Below, piece by piece: positions 8,530 to 18,273 of a stretch of DNA of 46,618 bases. Where the stretch lies: the NCBI GenBank assembly GCA_003697105.1, contig RFFQ01000025.1:1-46618 (forward strand), read 5' to 3'. Each line of letters opens with the position of its first letter. The stretch's first letter is position 1. This DNA comes from Gemmatimonadota bacterium (GTDB taxonomy: Bacteria > 4572-55 > J002). The notes below the pieces were generated by a model. That model ran no database searches. It was not told where the DNA came from and saw only the letters and a program-made list of their open reading frames with translations. The position numbers were made by a program, and so were the translations under genes.

Positions 8530-11500
8530 CTATGCGACGGATAGGTGCTGTTGCAACTGGTGTAATCCCTTTTTGAGACGGACGATTTCGGCTTCCAGTT
8601 CATCAAGTTGGGATTCCACGCTCTGGGGGGCGGGTGGTTCGGAAAGGGACGAAGTGGTGATCGCTTCGGTTAGGGCATCGATCCGGTGTTGGTAATCAAT
8701 ATTAGGGGTTTGTTGGTAAAGGGATTCGTAAAGTTGAATTGCCTGCTTGGCATCGTTTTGATTCCGGATAATTTGGTAAAGTTCATCGTTAATTCGGGCG
8801 AGATGCTCTTTTTGGTTGGTTTGGGTCCGCAACGTTTTAAGGGCGTCGATCACGACTTCCTGCTCCGCCGGGGAGGTGCTCTGCCGGTAGCGAATCTTTA
8901 AGTCCAGAAAACGGCATTGAAATACCAAATCCGGTTGGTGCTGTTTTTCGGCGAGCTGGTGGGCTTCGGTATTCATTGTTTTGGCTTCTTCCAAACGGTC
9001 AAGATGGTAGCAAAAGTTGGCGTACGTCTGCAATAGGGAAGGTATAATTTTCTTGAGATTCCACGTTCGGCACAAGGTCAATGCTTTTTGGTAGGCGGCT
9101 TCGGCTTTATCAAATTCTTTCAGTTGAGTGTACAATGCCGCGATGTTAATCAACGCAATACTCATGGCACGTTTATTGTCCACTTCTTCTGCCAGTACTA
9201 GGTTGCGCTGATAGTGTTGCAGGGCTTGGTCATACTCTCCCCGCAGATAATGCACATTGCCGATATTACCATGAACGGCGGCAAGCTCGATTTTATTCCC
9301 GATGCGCTGGCTGACCTCCAGTTTTTGCCGGTAACATGCCATTGCTTGCTCGTACTGGCCCAAACTGCGGTGAACAATCCCCATATTGCCAATGCTGATC
9401 GCCATGGCGGTTAAATCGTCCTGTTCCAGCGCCAGTTGGTACTGCTTTTGGAAGGCATTCATGGCGTCGTCCGGCTTGCCCATGTCTTTCAATGCCAATC
9501 CGATATTATTCAAAAATTTAATTTTAAGGTATTGGTTATCAATCGTATTGGCAATTTCCAACCCATTTTGATAATTTGCCAATGCGGCGGCGGCTTCGCC
9601 ATAATGCCAGTGGATCAGTCCTGAAACTTGCAGACATTCTGCTTGTCCTTCCAAATTATTTTGGGAGAGGAACGTTTCGTAGGCGGGGCGCAAGTATTTG
9701 AGGGCTTCACTGTAGTTGCTTTTTTTATAATACGTTATTGCCAATCCTAATTGTCCTTTGGCGCGGTGAAGGGGATCGCCGTGACCGCTGTTATGGTTAA
9801 GGATAGAGGTATAAGTTGCTAGGGCATCATCTAAAGCGGTTGTATCCAGTTGAACTCTGCCTTTTTTGAGTTGGATGTCTATTCGTGCGTCCACCTCTTC
9901 TGGCGGGATCAATTCCAATAGCTGGTCATAGTAGCGAATGGCTTTATCATTGGCAAAATTTGCTTTGGCTTTTTCTGCGGCTTTTTCCAGATAGATACGG
10001 GCTTGGGTTGTGTTTTGTGCGTGGTAGTAGTGATGCGCCAGATGATCGACATGCTCTTCCAGAGAGGATTCAAAAATATGTTCCAGATGTTGGGCTAAAT
10101 ATTGGTGCAGATAGGGTTTATCAGTGATGCTGGCAACAATCATCTCTTGTACTTTGCTGTGTGCCAAACGATAAAAAAGCATTCCTTCCACTTCCAGAGA
10201 GGTGATCCACTCCGCTTGTTCCAGCCGGTCAAGGATTTGGGGTAGGGGGGTTTGGATGGCATCGATAATGACCTCTTGCAGGATTTCAAACCGTACTTCG
10301 TCTTCCAATAATGCCAGAATTTGGAGACAAAACACTTCATCTGGGCTAAAGTGTTCTCGTTTCCAGCGCTGTTCGATGATTTCAACCGAATCCAAACTGC
10401 CGGATTGTTCGGGCAGTGGTTTGGTTAGTTCCCAAGATGTACCGCGCCGGTCAATGACTTCGGTTTCCACGAGGGATTTCACTATTTCTTGCAACAATAG
10501 CGGGTTGCCCCCAATGTGTTGTTGGAGGTGGGACAATGCCGATTGTAACGAATTGCCTACGTGCCCTTTACCAAAAATACCGGTTAGATAGGTTTGGATG
10601 GCGTCCGGGGTGAGCGGTTGTAATTCTATCCGGTGGAGATGGTGCCGGTCTTGTAGGGGCTTAAGCCAATTCTGAATCCGCTCAAGCTGTTCTGTTCGAG
10701 CAGTGGCAATCAGGCTCAGATGTGATGTAGTTTTATCCGTTTTTTTCTGATGGTCTAGCAGACTGGTGAGGATTTGCCAACTGCCGGAATCCGCTGCATG
10801 GATATCTTCCAGACACAGAACCAGGGGTTCGTCCTGTTCTGCCAAAATATCCATTAAAAAGTCGGTAATTGTCTGGATCAAGATACGTTGTTCTGTGGAA
10901 GGGATTTGTACGGTATCCGGCATGATCTTTTGGAGTTGGGGATGTCGCGGTAGGATTTTTTTAAGGGTTGAGCCATGAATTTGAATAACATTTGCCGAGC
11001 AGTCGTAGAGCAACTCGCTGATGATGTCAATAAATGGGGAATAGCTGGTCAGAATATGCTCGATGCACTTTGCCTCCACAAAGCGGATATGGTGGATGCG
11101 GCAATGTTTTTTTAGTTCCTGTATGAGCCGGCTTTTACCAATACCCGCCTCACCGGTGAGCAATACCAACTGGGGTTGGGAGGATTCCATTAAGGCGGTT
11201 TTGATGGTATGAAGTTCCGCATCTCTCCCAATGAAATCAGCACCCATCACATACGCCCGGCGTGTTTCGGGGGTTTCCAAGGGGTAATTAGTGTTTAATT
11301 TCCGGTTGATGTCTTCAATGACCTCGACCCCACCGGCGTAGCGGTCTGTTGGGTGATAGGCAATCATGCGGCTGACGATCTCGCGCAGTGGAGGAGATTC
11401 AATCCGGGCTAATTCCAATTGTTGCTGGTGCTTAAATGTATCTGGCTTTTTTAGGATGTTCACCAGCGAGCCTGAACCATGCCGGGAAAACAATACGTGT

Positions 11501-14500
11501 CCGGTCAGCAATTGGTAGAACGTTACCCCCAAGGCGTAAATATCGACACCGTGATCGATGGTTTGTGCATTTAATACTTCGGGTGCCATGTAGAGGAGAG
11601 TCCCTTTGTGCCGCTGTTCCAGATGGTCTGCCAAATCTGCCAGACCAAAATCTAACACTTTGACCTGCTCGCCGGTCAACATGATATTTCCCGGCTTCAA
11701 ATCGCGGTGCAAAATTCCACGGCTATGGATGAACTGTACCGCCCGGCAGAGGTCAACCATGATGTCCAATGCTCGTTGCTGCCCGATTTGCCGTTGTTCT
11801 CGAAGCAGGTCAGATAAAGTCACCCCGTCAACGTATTCCATGATGATGAAATAATTTTCGGTGGTGCGATCCGCGCCAAAATCATACACGCGCACCAGAT
11901 TGGGATGGCGGAGGCGGGTCATCACTTCAAATTCTTTTTTGAAGGCTTCAACGGTTTTGTGGGTAAATGTATCCGGTTTGATGGCTTTTAGTACCATCTG
12001 TTGCCGTCCTCGCAAGAGGTCTTCCACGAGGACAACCGTCCCCATTTCACCTTCACCAAGAGCGTGAAGGCGCCGGTAGCGGTTAAGGGGCTGGTAAGGT
12101 GCAATCTGCGGTACTTTTTGGGCTAATTTTTCAATGTAACGCTGATACCCTCCGCCGGGATATTTTGCGGCGAGTTTTTTATACCGTTTCAAGGCACGGT
12201 TGCGATAGTGGTTGCGATGGGTCATCTCGTATAACTCATTATCGAGTTTGGCTTGATCGGGGGGATCGAGTTCGGCAAGGAGCGCTTCAAATTCATCCAA
12301 CACCGCGTGAGGCGTTTCACTTTGATAATATTTTAATTGGAGTTGTAATATCCGAATTTTTGTTATCATCTCTTCATGATTCGTCTCTGTTGCCCATGTG
12401 TAGGCTTGGGTAAGGAAGGGTTCAACTTCATCATATTTTTGCATTTTCAGCTTGAGGTCTGCTTTGCTGTAATACGTTCCGCAGAGGTAGTAACGGCGTG
12501 GTTTCGTATCATTTATGGCATCGCCATATTCGAGCGCCATATCCAGATATTTTTCCGCCTCCGCATAATTTTTCCACTGTTTGTAAATATCACTCATGCC
12601 ATTAAGTGCAATAATACAACTGAGTTTATTGCCTAATTCTTCTGAGATTTGCCATTTGCGCCGGTAACAGCGCAAGGCTTCCTCGTATTTACCCAAAGAA
12701 AGGTAAGCAACGCCCATATTTCCGCTCACCACACTAATGCTGCGTTTATCCCCCATTTCAAGGGTGAACTCCAGTTGCTGGTGATAGTACCGGAGAGCTT
12801 CTTCAAATTGATGTTGCATGATAAACACATTACCGCTGTTCCCCAATGCCATACACAAACTGGCTTTATCCCCAATTTTAGTAGCGATTTCGGCTTGTCG
12901 TTGGTAGTATTCCAGTGCTTTTTCATAATCTTTATGGTGCCAAAAATGAACATTGCCTATTGTGCCAATAGCGACGGCAATGCCGCGTTCATTCCCGATT
13001 TCTTCATCAATTTTGAGTTTACGGGTATAATATGCAAATCCCTCTTCAAATTGAGCCTGATCCAGATGCACATTCGCCACATTGCCGAGTGTTTCACTAA
13101 TGAGGTGTTTATCCTGTATTTTTTTGGCTATAGCCAGTCCCTGTTGGTACTCTGCCATTGCCTGCGGGTAGAGTTGTTGCCGAAAATAGACATTTCCGAT
13201 TTTATTATGAATTTTTCCAACCTCTGCCGGCGAACCCGTGCGCTCGTAGTAAGCAAGACATGCTTGTAATAGCTCCAATGCCGCCGGGTAATTGCCCTGA
13301 TTGTAAAAAATGGTTGCGACCCGCGTTTGGCTGGCGACAACCCACCGTTCATCGTTGAGCTGTTGGGCACGTTCTAGGGTCTGCTGGTAGAGTGCTAAAC
13401 TTTCGCTCCACTGTCCGGTACGTTGAAGAATATCCCCTTTTTGATGCAAAATCGCGATTTGCTCCGCTTCATCTAATTCCACTTTTTCCAATAATAATTC
13501 GTAATATTGAATCGCCTTTTGGTTGGCAAAATTGCGAACGGCTTTACTGGCAGATTTTTCCAGATAATACCGAATTTTCGCCTGATTGTTTGTTTGGCAG
13601 TAGTGGTATGCCAGTTCTTCGACGTGATTATCCAGATTGAGTTGGTAGATCAGTTCCAGTTGTTCCGCGATGTGGTGGTGGATTTGGGCTGGATTTGGTA
13701 TCTGATCCTGCACTACTTCCCGAATGCAGTCATGACTGGGACGGTATAGGATTGTCTGATCCACTTCTTCGCCGGTGATGAGTTCTTTATCTTCCAGAGC
13801 ACGCAAAATATCGATGGCTTCCGGCGGATTTTTGAGGATGAGGAGTTGTTCAAAAATTTCGAGCGGAATACTTTTGTTTACCAAAGCAAGAATTTGCAAG
13901 CCTTGCATTTCCGTAAAGCTTAAATTGAGCCGCTCCAACCGGTGTTTCACCAACATTTTTACATCATGGGAGAGTTCGGCTTCCGCGAACGCCGCGGTCA
14001 ACTCCCACGTTTTGCCTTGCCGGATAATGATCCCGCGTTCCACGAGAGATTTGACCAACTCTTGCAAGTAAAGTGGATTTCCTCCGACTTGCCGTTCAAT
14101 AGCCTCAACCGCCGCGAAAAGCGATTTTCCAACCCGGTCTTGACCGAAAATGGCGATCATGTATTGCTCAATGTCTGTTCGCCGGAACGGAGAAAGACGG
14201 ATAATTTGTAACCGCTGTTTTGCGTTAAGATTATCTATTAGGGGTTGAATATGGGGTAGTTCTTCTTCTTGACTACAGGCAAAAATACGGAAAAACCGCT
14301 CTGCAGGTTCTAAACGGGAGAGTTTAAATAGCAGTTCGCGCAATACTTCTTGTGTTCCCGGGTCTGCCGCGCCCAACCGGTGGAAAAGGAGTACATGGGT
14401 TTCCTGAGCTTCAATACTGTAATCGATCAGGAAACGGGTGATCGCCTCGATTAATATGCTTCGCTCAATTTGGCTATCTTGTACGGGTTTGGCAGCCATG

Positions 14501-15687
14501 CCCTGCAATTTGGGATGATTCGGCAACAGTTTTTTCAGATCACCAGCATACAGGGCGCATAGTTCCGGGCTGGCATTTAGGATGGCTTCGTTCAAAATAT
14601 CGATTATGGGGGCGAATGTTTTGGAACCGTCCCGGGAGATATACCCTTCCATCCCGTTGATCGCATGAAGTTGGCAATACTTTTTCAATTCCTGTAATAG
14701 GCGCGTTTTTCCCACACCGGATTCACCGGTCAGTAGTAAGAGTTGATCGGCATTCTGCGGTTGGTTCAATTTTGCCACGAGGGTTTTCAATTCTGCTTCG
14801 CGGGCAATAAAACTGGTACTTTGGACGTATGCTTCGCGGGTTTGAACCGTTTCCAGCGGGAAAGGGACTTCTCGATGCTGGTTAATCGCGAGGATCACAT
14901 CACTCGCGGTTTGAAAGCGTTCGTTGGGGTTGTAAGCGATCAGACGCCGGATTACATGGCGTAAATCGGGCGAGTCGATCCGCTGGAGCGCCTCTTGCTG
15001 GCGGATTTCAAATTGTTGTACATCTTTCAAAATGTGTAAGATAGCTTTAGAGGATTGGTTCCGGTAAAGGGTTTGCCCGTTGAGACGTTCGAGGAGTGTC
15101 ATGCCCAACGCAAAAATATCAGTACGCGGATCAATTGTTTGGTGCAATACCTCCGGCGCCATGTAAAGAAGTGTACCTTTTGTACGGGCGGGTTGTTGCA
15201 ACCCTAAATCTGCCAGACCAAAATCGAGGATTTTCAGGGTGGAAATATCTCGTTCCGGAGTTTGAAACATGATGTTGCCGGGCTTGATGTCCCGGTGCAA
15301 AATCCCCCGGCTATGAATGAATTCCAACGCCCGGCAAAGGGTGACGATGAGACTCAATGCCTCCTCCGTGGAAATCGGAAGCTGTGCCCGGATACTATCT
15401 GCTAATGATTCGCCGCCGACATATTCCATCGTCAAATAATAGAGATCGGTGGTTCGATCCCACCCAAAATCATAAACACGAGCCAGATTGGGGTGTTTCA
15501 GGCGAGTGGCAATGTCAAATTCTTGCTTGAACACGTTGAGGGTTGCCGGGTTGATCCGTTCTTTTTTGATGGTCTTGAGCGCCAACGTGCGATTTCCCCG
15601 TAGCACATCCCGCACTTGATAAACGGTACCCATCCCCCCTTCGCCGATGGTTTTGATGATTCGATAACGATGGTGAATTAACGTCAT
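8530..15687 (-). CDS. Giant tandem (Ser/Thr kinase-STAND/AAA ATPase-TPR)x2 protein, 2385 aa
   Basis: Two Hanks kinases (HRDIKPGN and HRDLKPGN, DFG, YMAPE), two Walker A motifs (GESGVGKT, GEAGIGKS), two GGNP motifs, two TPR arrays. Confidence 0.92.
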   Translation of the reverse strand: MTLIHHRYRIIKTIGEGGMGTVYQVRDVLRGNRTLALKTIKKERINPATLNVFKQEFDIATRLKHPNLARVYDFGWDRTTDLYYLTMEYVGGESLADSIRAQLPISTEEALSLIVTLCRALEFIHSRGILHRDIKPGNIMFQTPERDISTLKILDFGLADLGLQQPARTKGTLLYMAPEVLHQTIDPRTDIFALGMTLLERLNGQTLYRNQSSKAILHILKDVQQFEIRQQEALQRIDSPDLRHVIRRLIAYNPNERFQTASDVILAINQHREVPFPLETVQTREAYVQSTSFIAREAELKTLVAKLNQPQNADQLLLLTGESGVGKTRLLQELKKYCQLHAINGMEGYISRDGSKTFAPIIDILNEAILNASPELCALYAGDLKKLLPNHPKLQGMAAKPVQDSQIERSILIEAITRFLIDYSIEAQETHVLLFHRLGAADPGTQEVLRELLFKLSRLEPAERFFRIFACSQEEELPHIQPLIDNLNAKQRLQIIRLSPFRRTDIEQYMIAIFGQDRVGKSLFAAVEAIERQVGGNPLYLQELVKSLVERGIIIRQGKTWELTAAFAEAELSHDVKMLVKHRLERLNLSFTEMQGLQILALVNKSIPLEIFEQLLILKNPPEAIDILRALEDKELITGEEVDQTILYRPSHDCIREVVQDQIPNPAQIHHHIAEQLELIYQLNLDNHVEELAYHYCQTNNQAKIRYYLEKSASKAVRNFANQKAIQYYELLLEKVELDEAEQIAILHQKGDILQRTGQWSESLALYQQTLERAQQLNDERWVVASQTRVATIFYNQGNYPAALELLQACLAYYERTGSPAEVGKIHNKIGNVYFRQQLYPQAMAEYQQGLAIAKKIQDKHLISETLGNVANVHLDQAQFEEGFAYYTRKLKIDEEIGNERGIAVAIGTIGNVHFWHHKDYEKALEYYQRQAEIATKIGDKASLCMALGNSGNVFIMQHQFEEALRYYHQQLEFTLEMGDKRSISVVSGNMGVAYLSLGKYEEALRCYRRKWQISEELGNKLSCIIALNGMSDIYKQWKNYAEAEKYLDMALEYGDAINDTKPRRYYLCGTYYSKADLKLKMQKYDEVEPFLTQAYTWATETNHEEMITKIRILQLQLKYYQSETPHAVLDEFEALLAELDPPDQAKLDNELYEMTHRNHYRNRALKRYKKLAAKYPGGGYQRYIEKLAQKVPQIAPYQPLNRYRRLHALGEGEMGTVVLVEDLLRGRQQMVLKAIKPDTFTHKTVEAFKKEFEVMTRLRHPNLVRVYDFGADRTTENYFIIMEYVDGVTLSDLLREQRQIGQQRALDIMVDLCRAVQFIHSRGILHRDLKPGNIMLTGEQVKVLDFGLADLADHLEQRHKGTLLYMAPEVLNAQTIDHGVDIYALGVTFYQLLTGHVLFSRHGSGSLVNILKKPDTFKHQQQLELARIESPPLREIVSRMIAYHPTDRYAGGVEVIEDINRKLNTNYPLETPETRRAYVMGADFIGRDAELHTIKTALMESSQPQLVLLTGEAGIGKSRLIQELKKHCRIHHIRFVEAKCIEHILTSYSPFIDIISELLYDCSANVIQIHGSTLKKILPRHPQLQKIMPDTVQIPSTEQRILIQTITDFLMDILAEQDEPLVLCLEDIHAADSGSWQILTSLLDHQKKTDKTTSHLSLIATARTEQLERIQNWLKPLQDRHHLHRIELQPLTPDAIQTYLTGIFGKGHVGNSLQSALSHLQQHIGGNPLLLQEIVKSLVETEVIDRRGTSWELTKPLPEQSGSLDSVEIIEQRWKREHFSPDEVFCLQILALLEDEVRFEILQEVIIDAIQTPLPQILDRLEQAEWITSLEVEGMLFYRLAHSKVQEMIVASITDKPYLHQYLAQHLEHIFESSLEEHVDHLAHHYYHAQNTTQARIYLEKAAEKAKANFANDKAIRYYDQLLELIPPEEVDARIDIQLKKGRVQLDTTALDDALATYTSILNHNSGHGDPLHRAKGQLGLAITYYKKSNYSEALKYLRPAYETFLSQNNLEGQAECLQVSGLIHWHYGEAAAALANYQNGLEIANTIDNQYLKIKFLNNIGLALKDMGKPDDAMNAFQKQYQLALEQDDLTAMAISIGNMGIVHRSLGQYEQAMACYRQKLEVSQRIGNKIELAAVHGNIGNVHYLRGEYDQALQHYQRNLVLAEEVDNKRAMSIALINIAALYTQLKEFDKAEAAYQKALTLCRTWNLKKIIPSLLQTYANFCYHLDRLEEAKTMNTEAHQLAEKQHQPDLVFQCRFLDLKIRYRQSTSPAEQEVVIDALKTLRTQTNQKEHLARINDELYQIIRNQNDAKQAIQLYESLYQQTPNIDYQHRIDALTEAITTSSLSEPPAPQSVESQLDELEAEIVRLKKGLHQLQQHLSVA

Positions 15688-15734
15688 ATGATGATTTTGT
15701 TTGTTTTCGTTTTAAGATGGTTACTGATGCTCAG

Positions 15735-15763
15735 AGTAAACACTATTCTGCGACATCTGTCAA
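15735..15763 (-). promoter_or_regulatory. Possible sigma70 promoter for the kinase gene
   Basis: TTGACA (15763-15758), 17 bp spacer, weak -10 TTTACT. Confidence 0.3.
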
Positions 15764-15827
15764 CCTGTTTTTGCACATCGGTGTGGTATAATTTCACGGT
15801 GCATTTTTGTGACCAACGTGTTTTAGG

Positions 15828-15884
15828 AATCTGTACTTTTTTGTATATTTTAATCTTGACTTTTTTGTATAGATTATATACTTT
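15828..15884 (+). promoter_or_regulatory. suf promoter with two tandem 24-bp quasi-palindromic boxes (candidate Rrf2 operator)
   Basis: AATCTGTACTTTTTTGTATATTTT and AATCTTGACTTTTTTGTATAGATT (20/24 identical); TTGACT at 15856 with TATACT/TACTTT 15-17 bp downstream; TGGTATAAT extended -10 also at 15784-15792. Confidence 0.6.
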
Positions 15885-15947
15885 CCCGCCCAATACTATC
15901 CAACAGAATTTTAATTTTCATCAGACCAAGCCAAAAGGAGTGGGCGA

Positions 15948-17435
15948 ATGAGTTCAGTGGTAGAGGATACGAAACGTGTGGAAAACGAGCGTCATGATAG
16001 TGATGCGATTATTGATTCGCATGTGGCGCAGGAGTATAAATATGGCTTTTACACTGAGATTGAGGCGGATTCACTTCCCCCGGGATTAAACGAGGAGATT
16101 ATCCGGGCACTTTCTGCCAAGAAAAATGAGCCGGAATGGATGACGGAATGGCGTTTAAAAGCCTTCCGGCACTGGCAAAATATGGAAGAGCCGAGATGGC
16201 CCAATGTGACGTATGAACCGGTGGATTATCAGGCGATTACCTACTATTCCGCCCCTAAAAAGAAAGGGGAGGGTCCGCAAAGTTTGGATGATGTGGACCC
16301 CGAATTGATCCGTACTTTTGAAAAGCTGGGTATCCCGCTGGAAGAGCAGAAAATGTTGGCAGGTGTCGCGGTTGATGCTGTTTTTGATAGTGTTTCGGTG
16401 GCGACAACCTTCAAGGAAGAACTTAAAAAGGCTGGAGTCATCTTCTGTTCCATGTCAGAAGCGATTCAGGAGCATCCAGAACTGGTCAAAAAATATTTGG
16501 GGTCTGTGGTGCCGCAAACGGATAACTTTTTTGCCGCGCTCAATTCGGCAGTCTTTAGTGATGGGTCGTTTTGTTACGTACCCAAAGGGGTACGTTGTCC
16601 GATGGAACTATCCACGTATTTTCGCATCAATGCTATGAATACGGGGCAGTTTGAACGCACATTGATTGTCGCCGATGAAGGGGCTTATGTCAGCTATCTG
16701 GAAGGATGTACCGCTCCCATGCGGGATGAAAATCAGTTACATGCGGCCGTTGTGGAACTGGTGGCGCTGGATAATGCTGAAATCAAATATTCTACGGTCC
16801 AAAATTGGTACCCCGGTGACGAGCAAGGTAAAGGTGGGATTTACAACTTTGTGACCAAACGAGGTCGAGCCGAAACGAACGCCAAAATTTCATGGACTCA
16901 GGTGGAAACCGGTTCTGCCATCACCTGGAAATATCCCAGTGTGATTTTGAAAGGGGACAATTCCATCGGTGAGTTCTACTCCGTGGCACTTACCAAAATG
17001 CGCCAACAAGCGGATACCGGCACCAAAATGATACACTTGGGTAAAAACACGCGCAGTACGATCATCTCGAAAGGGATTTCTGCCGGCTATAGCAATAATT
17101 CGTATCGTGGGTTGGTCAAAGTGATGAAGGGGGCGGCAAATGCCCGAAATTACACCCAATGCGACTCCATGTTGATGGGTGATAAGTGTGGTGCCCATAC
17201 GTTCCCTTATATTGAAGTCAAAAATTCAACTGCCAAAGTGGAACACGAAGCGACAACATCTAAAGTGGCAGAAGATCAAATTTTTTACTTGATGCAACGT
17301 GGCCTTTCGGAAGAAGATGCGGTCTCGATGATTGTGAACGGTTTTTGTAAAGAAGTGTTCCGCCAACTGCCGATGGAGTTTGCCGTGGAAGCCCAAAAAT
17401 TGCTTAGTATTAGTCTGGAAGGCAGTGTGGGCTAA
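15948..17435 (+). CDS. sufB: Fe-S cluster assembly protein SufB
   Basis: [40 protein letters not shown]. Confidence 0.97.
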   Translation: MSSVVEDTKRVENERHDSDAIIDSHVAQEYKYGFYTEIEADSLPPGLNEEIIRALSAKKNEPEWMTEWRLKAFRHWQNMEEPRWPNVTYEPVDYQAITYYSAPKKKGEGPQSLDDVDPELIRTFEKLGIPLEEQKMLAGVAVDAVFDSVSVATTFKEELKKAGVIFCSMSEAIQEHPELVKKYLGSVVPQTDNFFAALNSAVFSDGSFCYVPKGVRCPMELSTYFRINAMNTGQFERTLIVADEGAYVSYLEGCTAPMRDENQLHAAVVELVALDNAEIKYSTVQNWYPGDEQGKGGIYNFVTKRGRAETNAKISWTQVETGSAITWKYPSVILKGDNSIGEFYSVALTKMRQQADTGTKMIHLGKNTRSTIISKGISAGYSNNSYRGLVKVMKGAANARNYTQCDSMLMGDKCGAHTFPYIEVKNSTAKVEHEATTSKVAEDQIFYLMQRGLSEEDAVSMIVNGFCKEVFRQLPMEFAVEAQKLLSISLEGSVG

Positions 17436-17489
17436 ACACGAATCTTGAATCGCTTACAACTACTTAAGATTTAAGGAGATTGATACAAC

Positions 17490-18257
17490 ATGTTAGAAAT
17501 TAAAAACTTACATGCCTCTGTGGAAGGTAAAGAGATTCTCAAAGGGGTAAATTTAAAGATGAATGCGGGAGAAATCCACGCGATTATGGGACCCAATGGC
17601 TCCGGGAAAAGTACGTTGGCACAAGTTCTTGCCGGACACGAGGCGTATGAGGTCACGGAAGGGGAAGTGCTTTATAACGGGATGAACCTCCTTGACTTAG
17701 ACCCCGAAGAGCGCGCTCGCGAGGGCGTTTTTCTGGCATTTCAGTATCCGGTAGAGATTCCGGGAGTCAGCAATGCTTACTTTTTGCGCTCTGCCTTGAA
17801 TGAAGTGCGTAAACATCACGGTTTGGAAGTGATTGATGCCGCCGATTTCCTCCGTCTCGCTAAGGATAAAATGAAAATGCTGGATATGGATAAAAGCATG
17901 TTAAACCGCTCCGTTAATGAGGGGTTTTCTGGGGGCGAAAAGAAACGGAATGAAATCTTCCAAATGGCGATGTTGAACCCTAAACTCGCCGTGTTAGACG
18001 AAACGGATTCCGGGTTAGACATCGATGCCCTTAAGATTGTCGCCAACGGTGTTAATACGCTCCGTTCCGCCGATAACGCCTTTCTGGTGATTACGCATTA
18101 TCAGCGGTTGCTCAACTATATCGTGCCGGATTTTGTCCATGTGCTGGTGGATGGGCGCATTGTTAAATCGGGCGGTAAGGAACTTGCCTTACAGTTGGAA
18201 GAAGCCGGCTATGATGAGGTCAAAATGGAAGCTCTACAAGCGGCAGGCATTGCCTAA
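17490..18257 (+). CDS. sufC: Fe-S cluster assembly ATPase SufC
   Basis: [43 protein letters not shown]. Confidence 0.97.
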   Translation: MLEIKNLHASVEGKEILKGVNLKMNAGEIHAIMGPNGSGKSTLAQVLAGHEAYEVTEGEVLYNGMNLLDLDPEERAREGVFLAFQYPVEIPGVSNAYFLRSALNEVRKHHGLEVIDAADFLRLAKDKMKMLDMDKSMLNRSVNEGFSGGEKKRNEIFQMAMLNPKLAVLDETDSGLDIDALKIVANGVNTLRSADNAFLVITHYQRLLNYIVPDFVHVLVDGRIVKSGGKELALQLEEAGYDEVKMEALQAAGIA

Positions 18258-18273
18258 CAAGGGAGGCGAATTG

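Noticed and set aside
15684-15951. Two short ORFs (69 aa minus, 87 aa plus) between the kinase and sufB
   Set aside because: AT-rich divergent promoter region; low-complexity translations with no motifs
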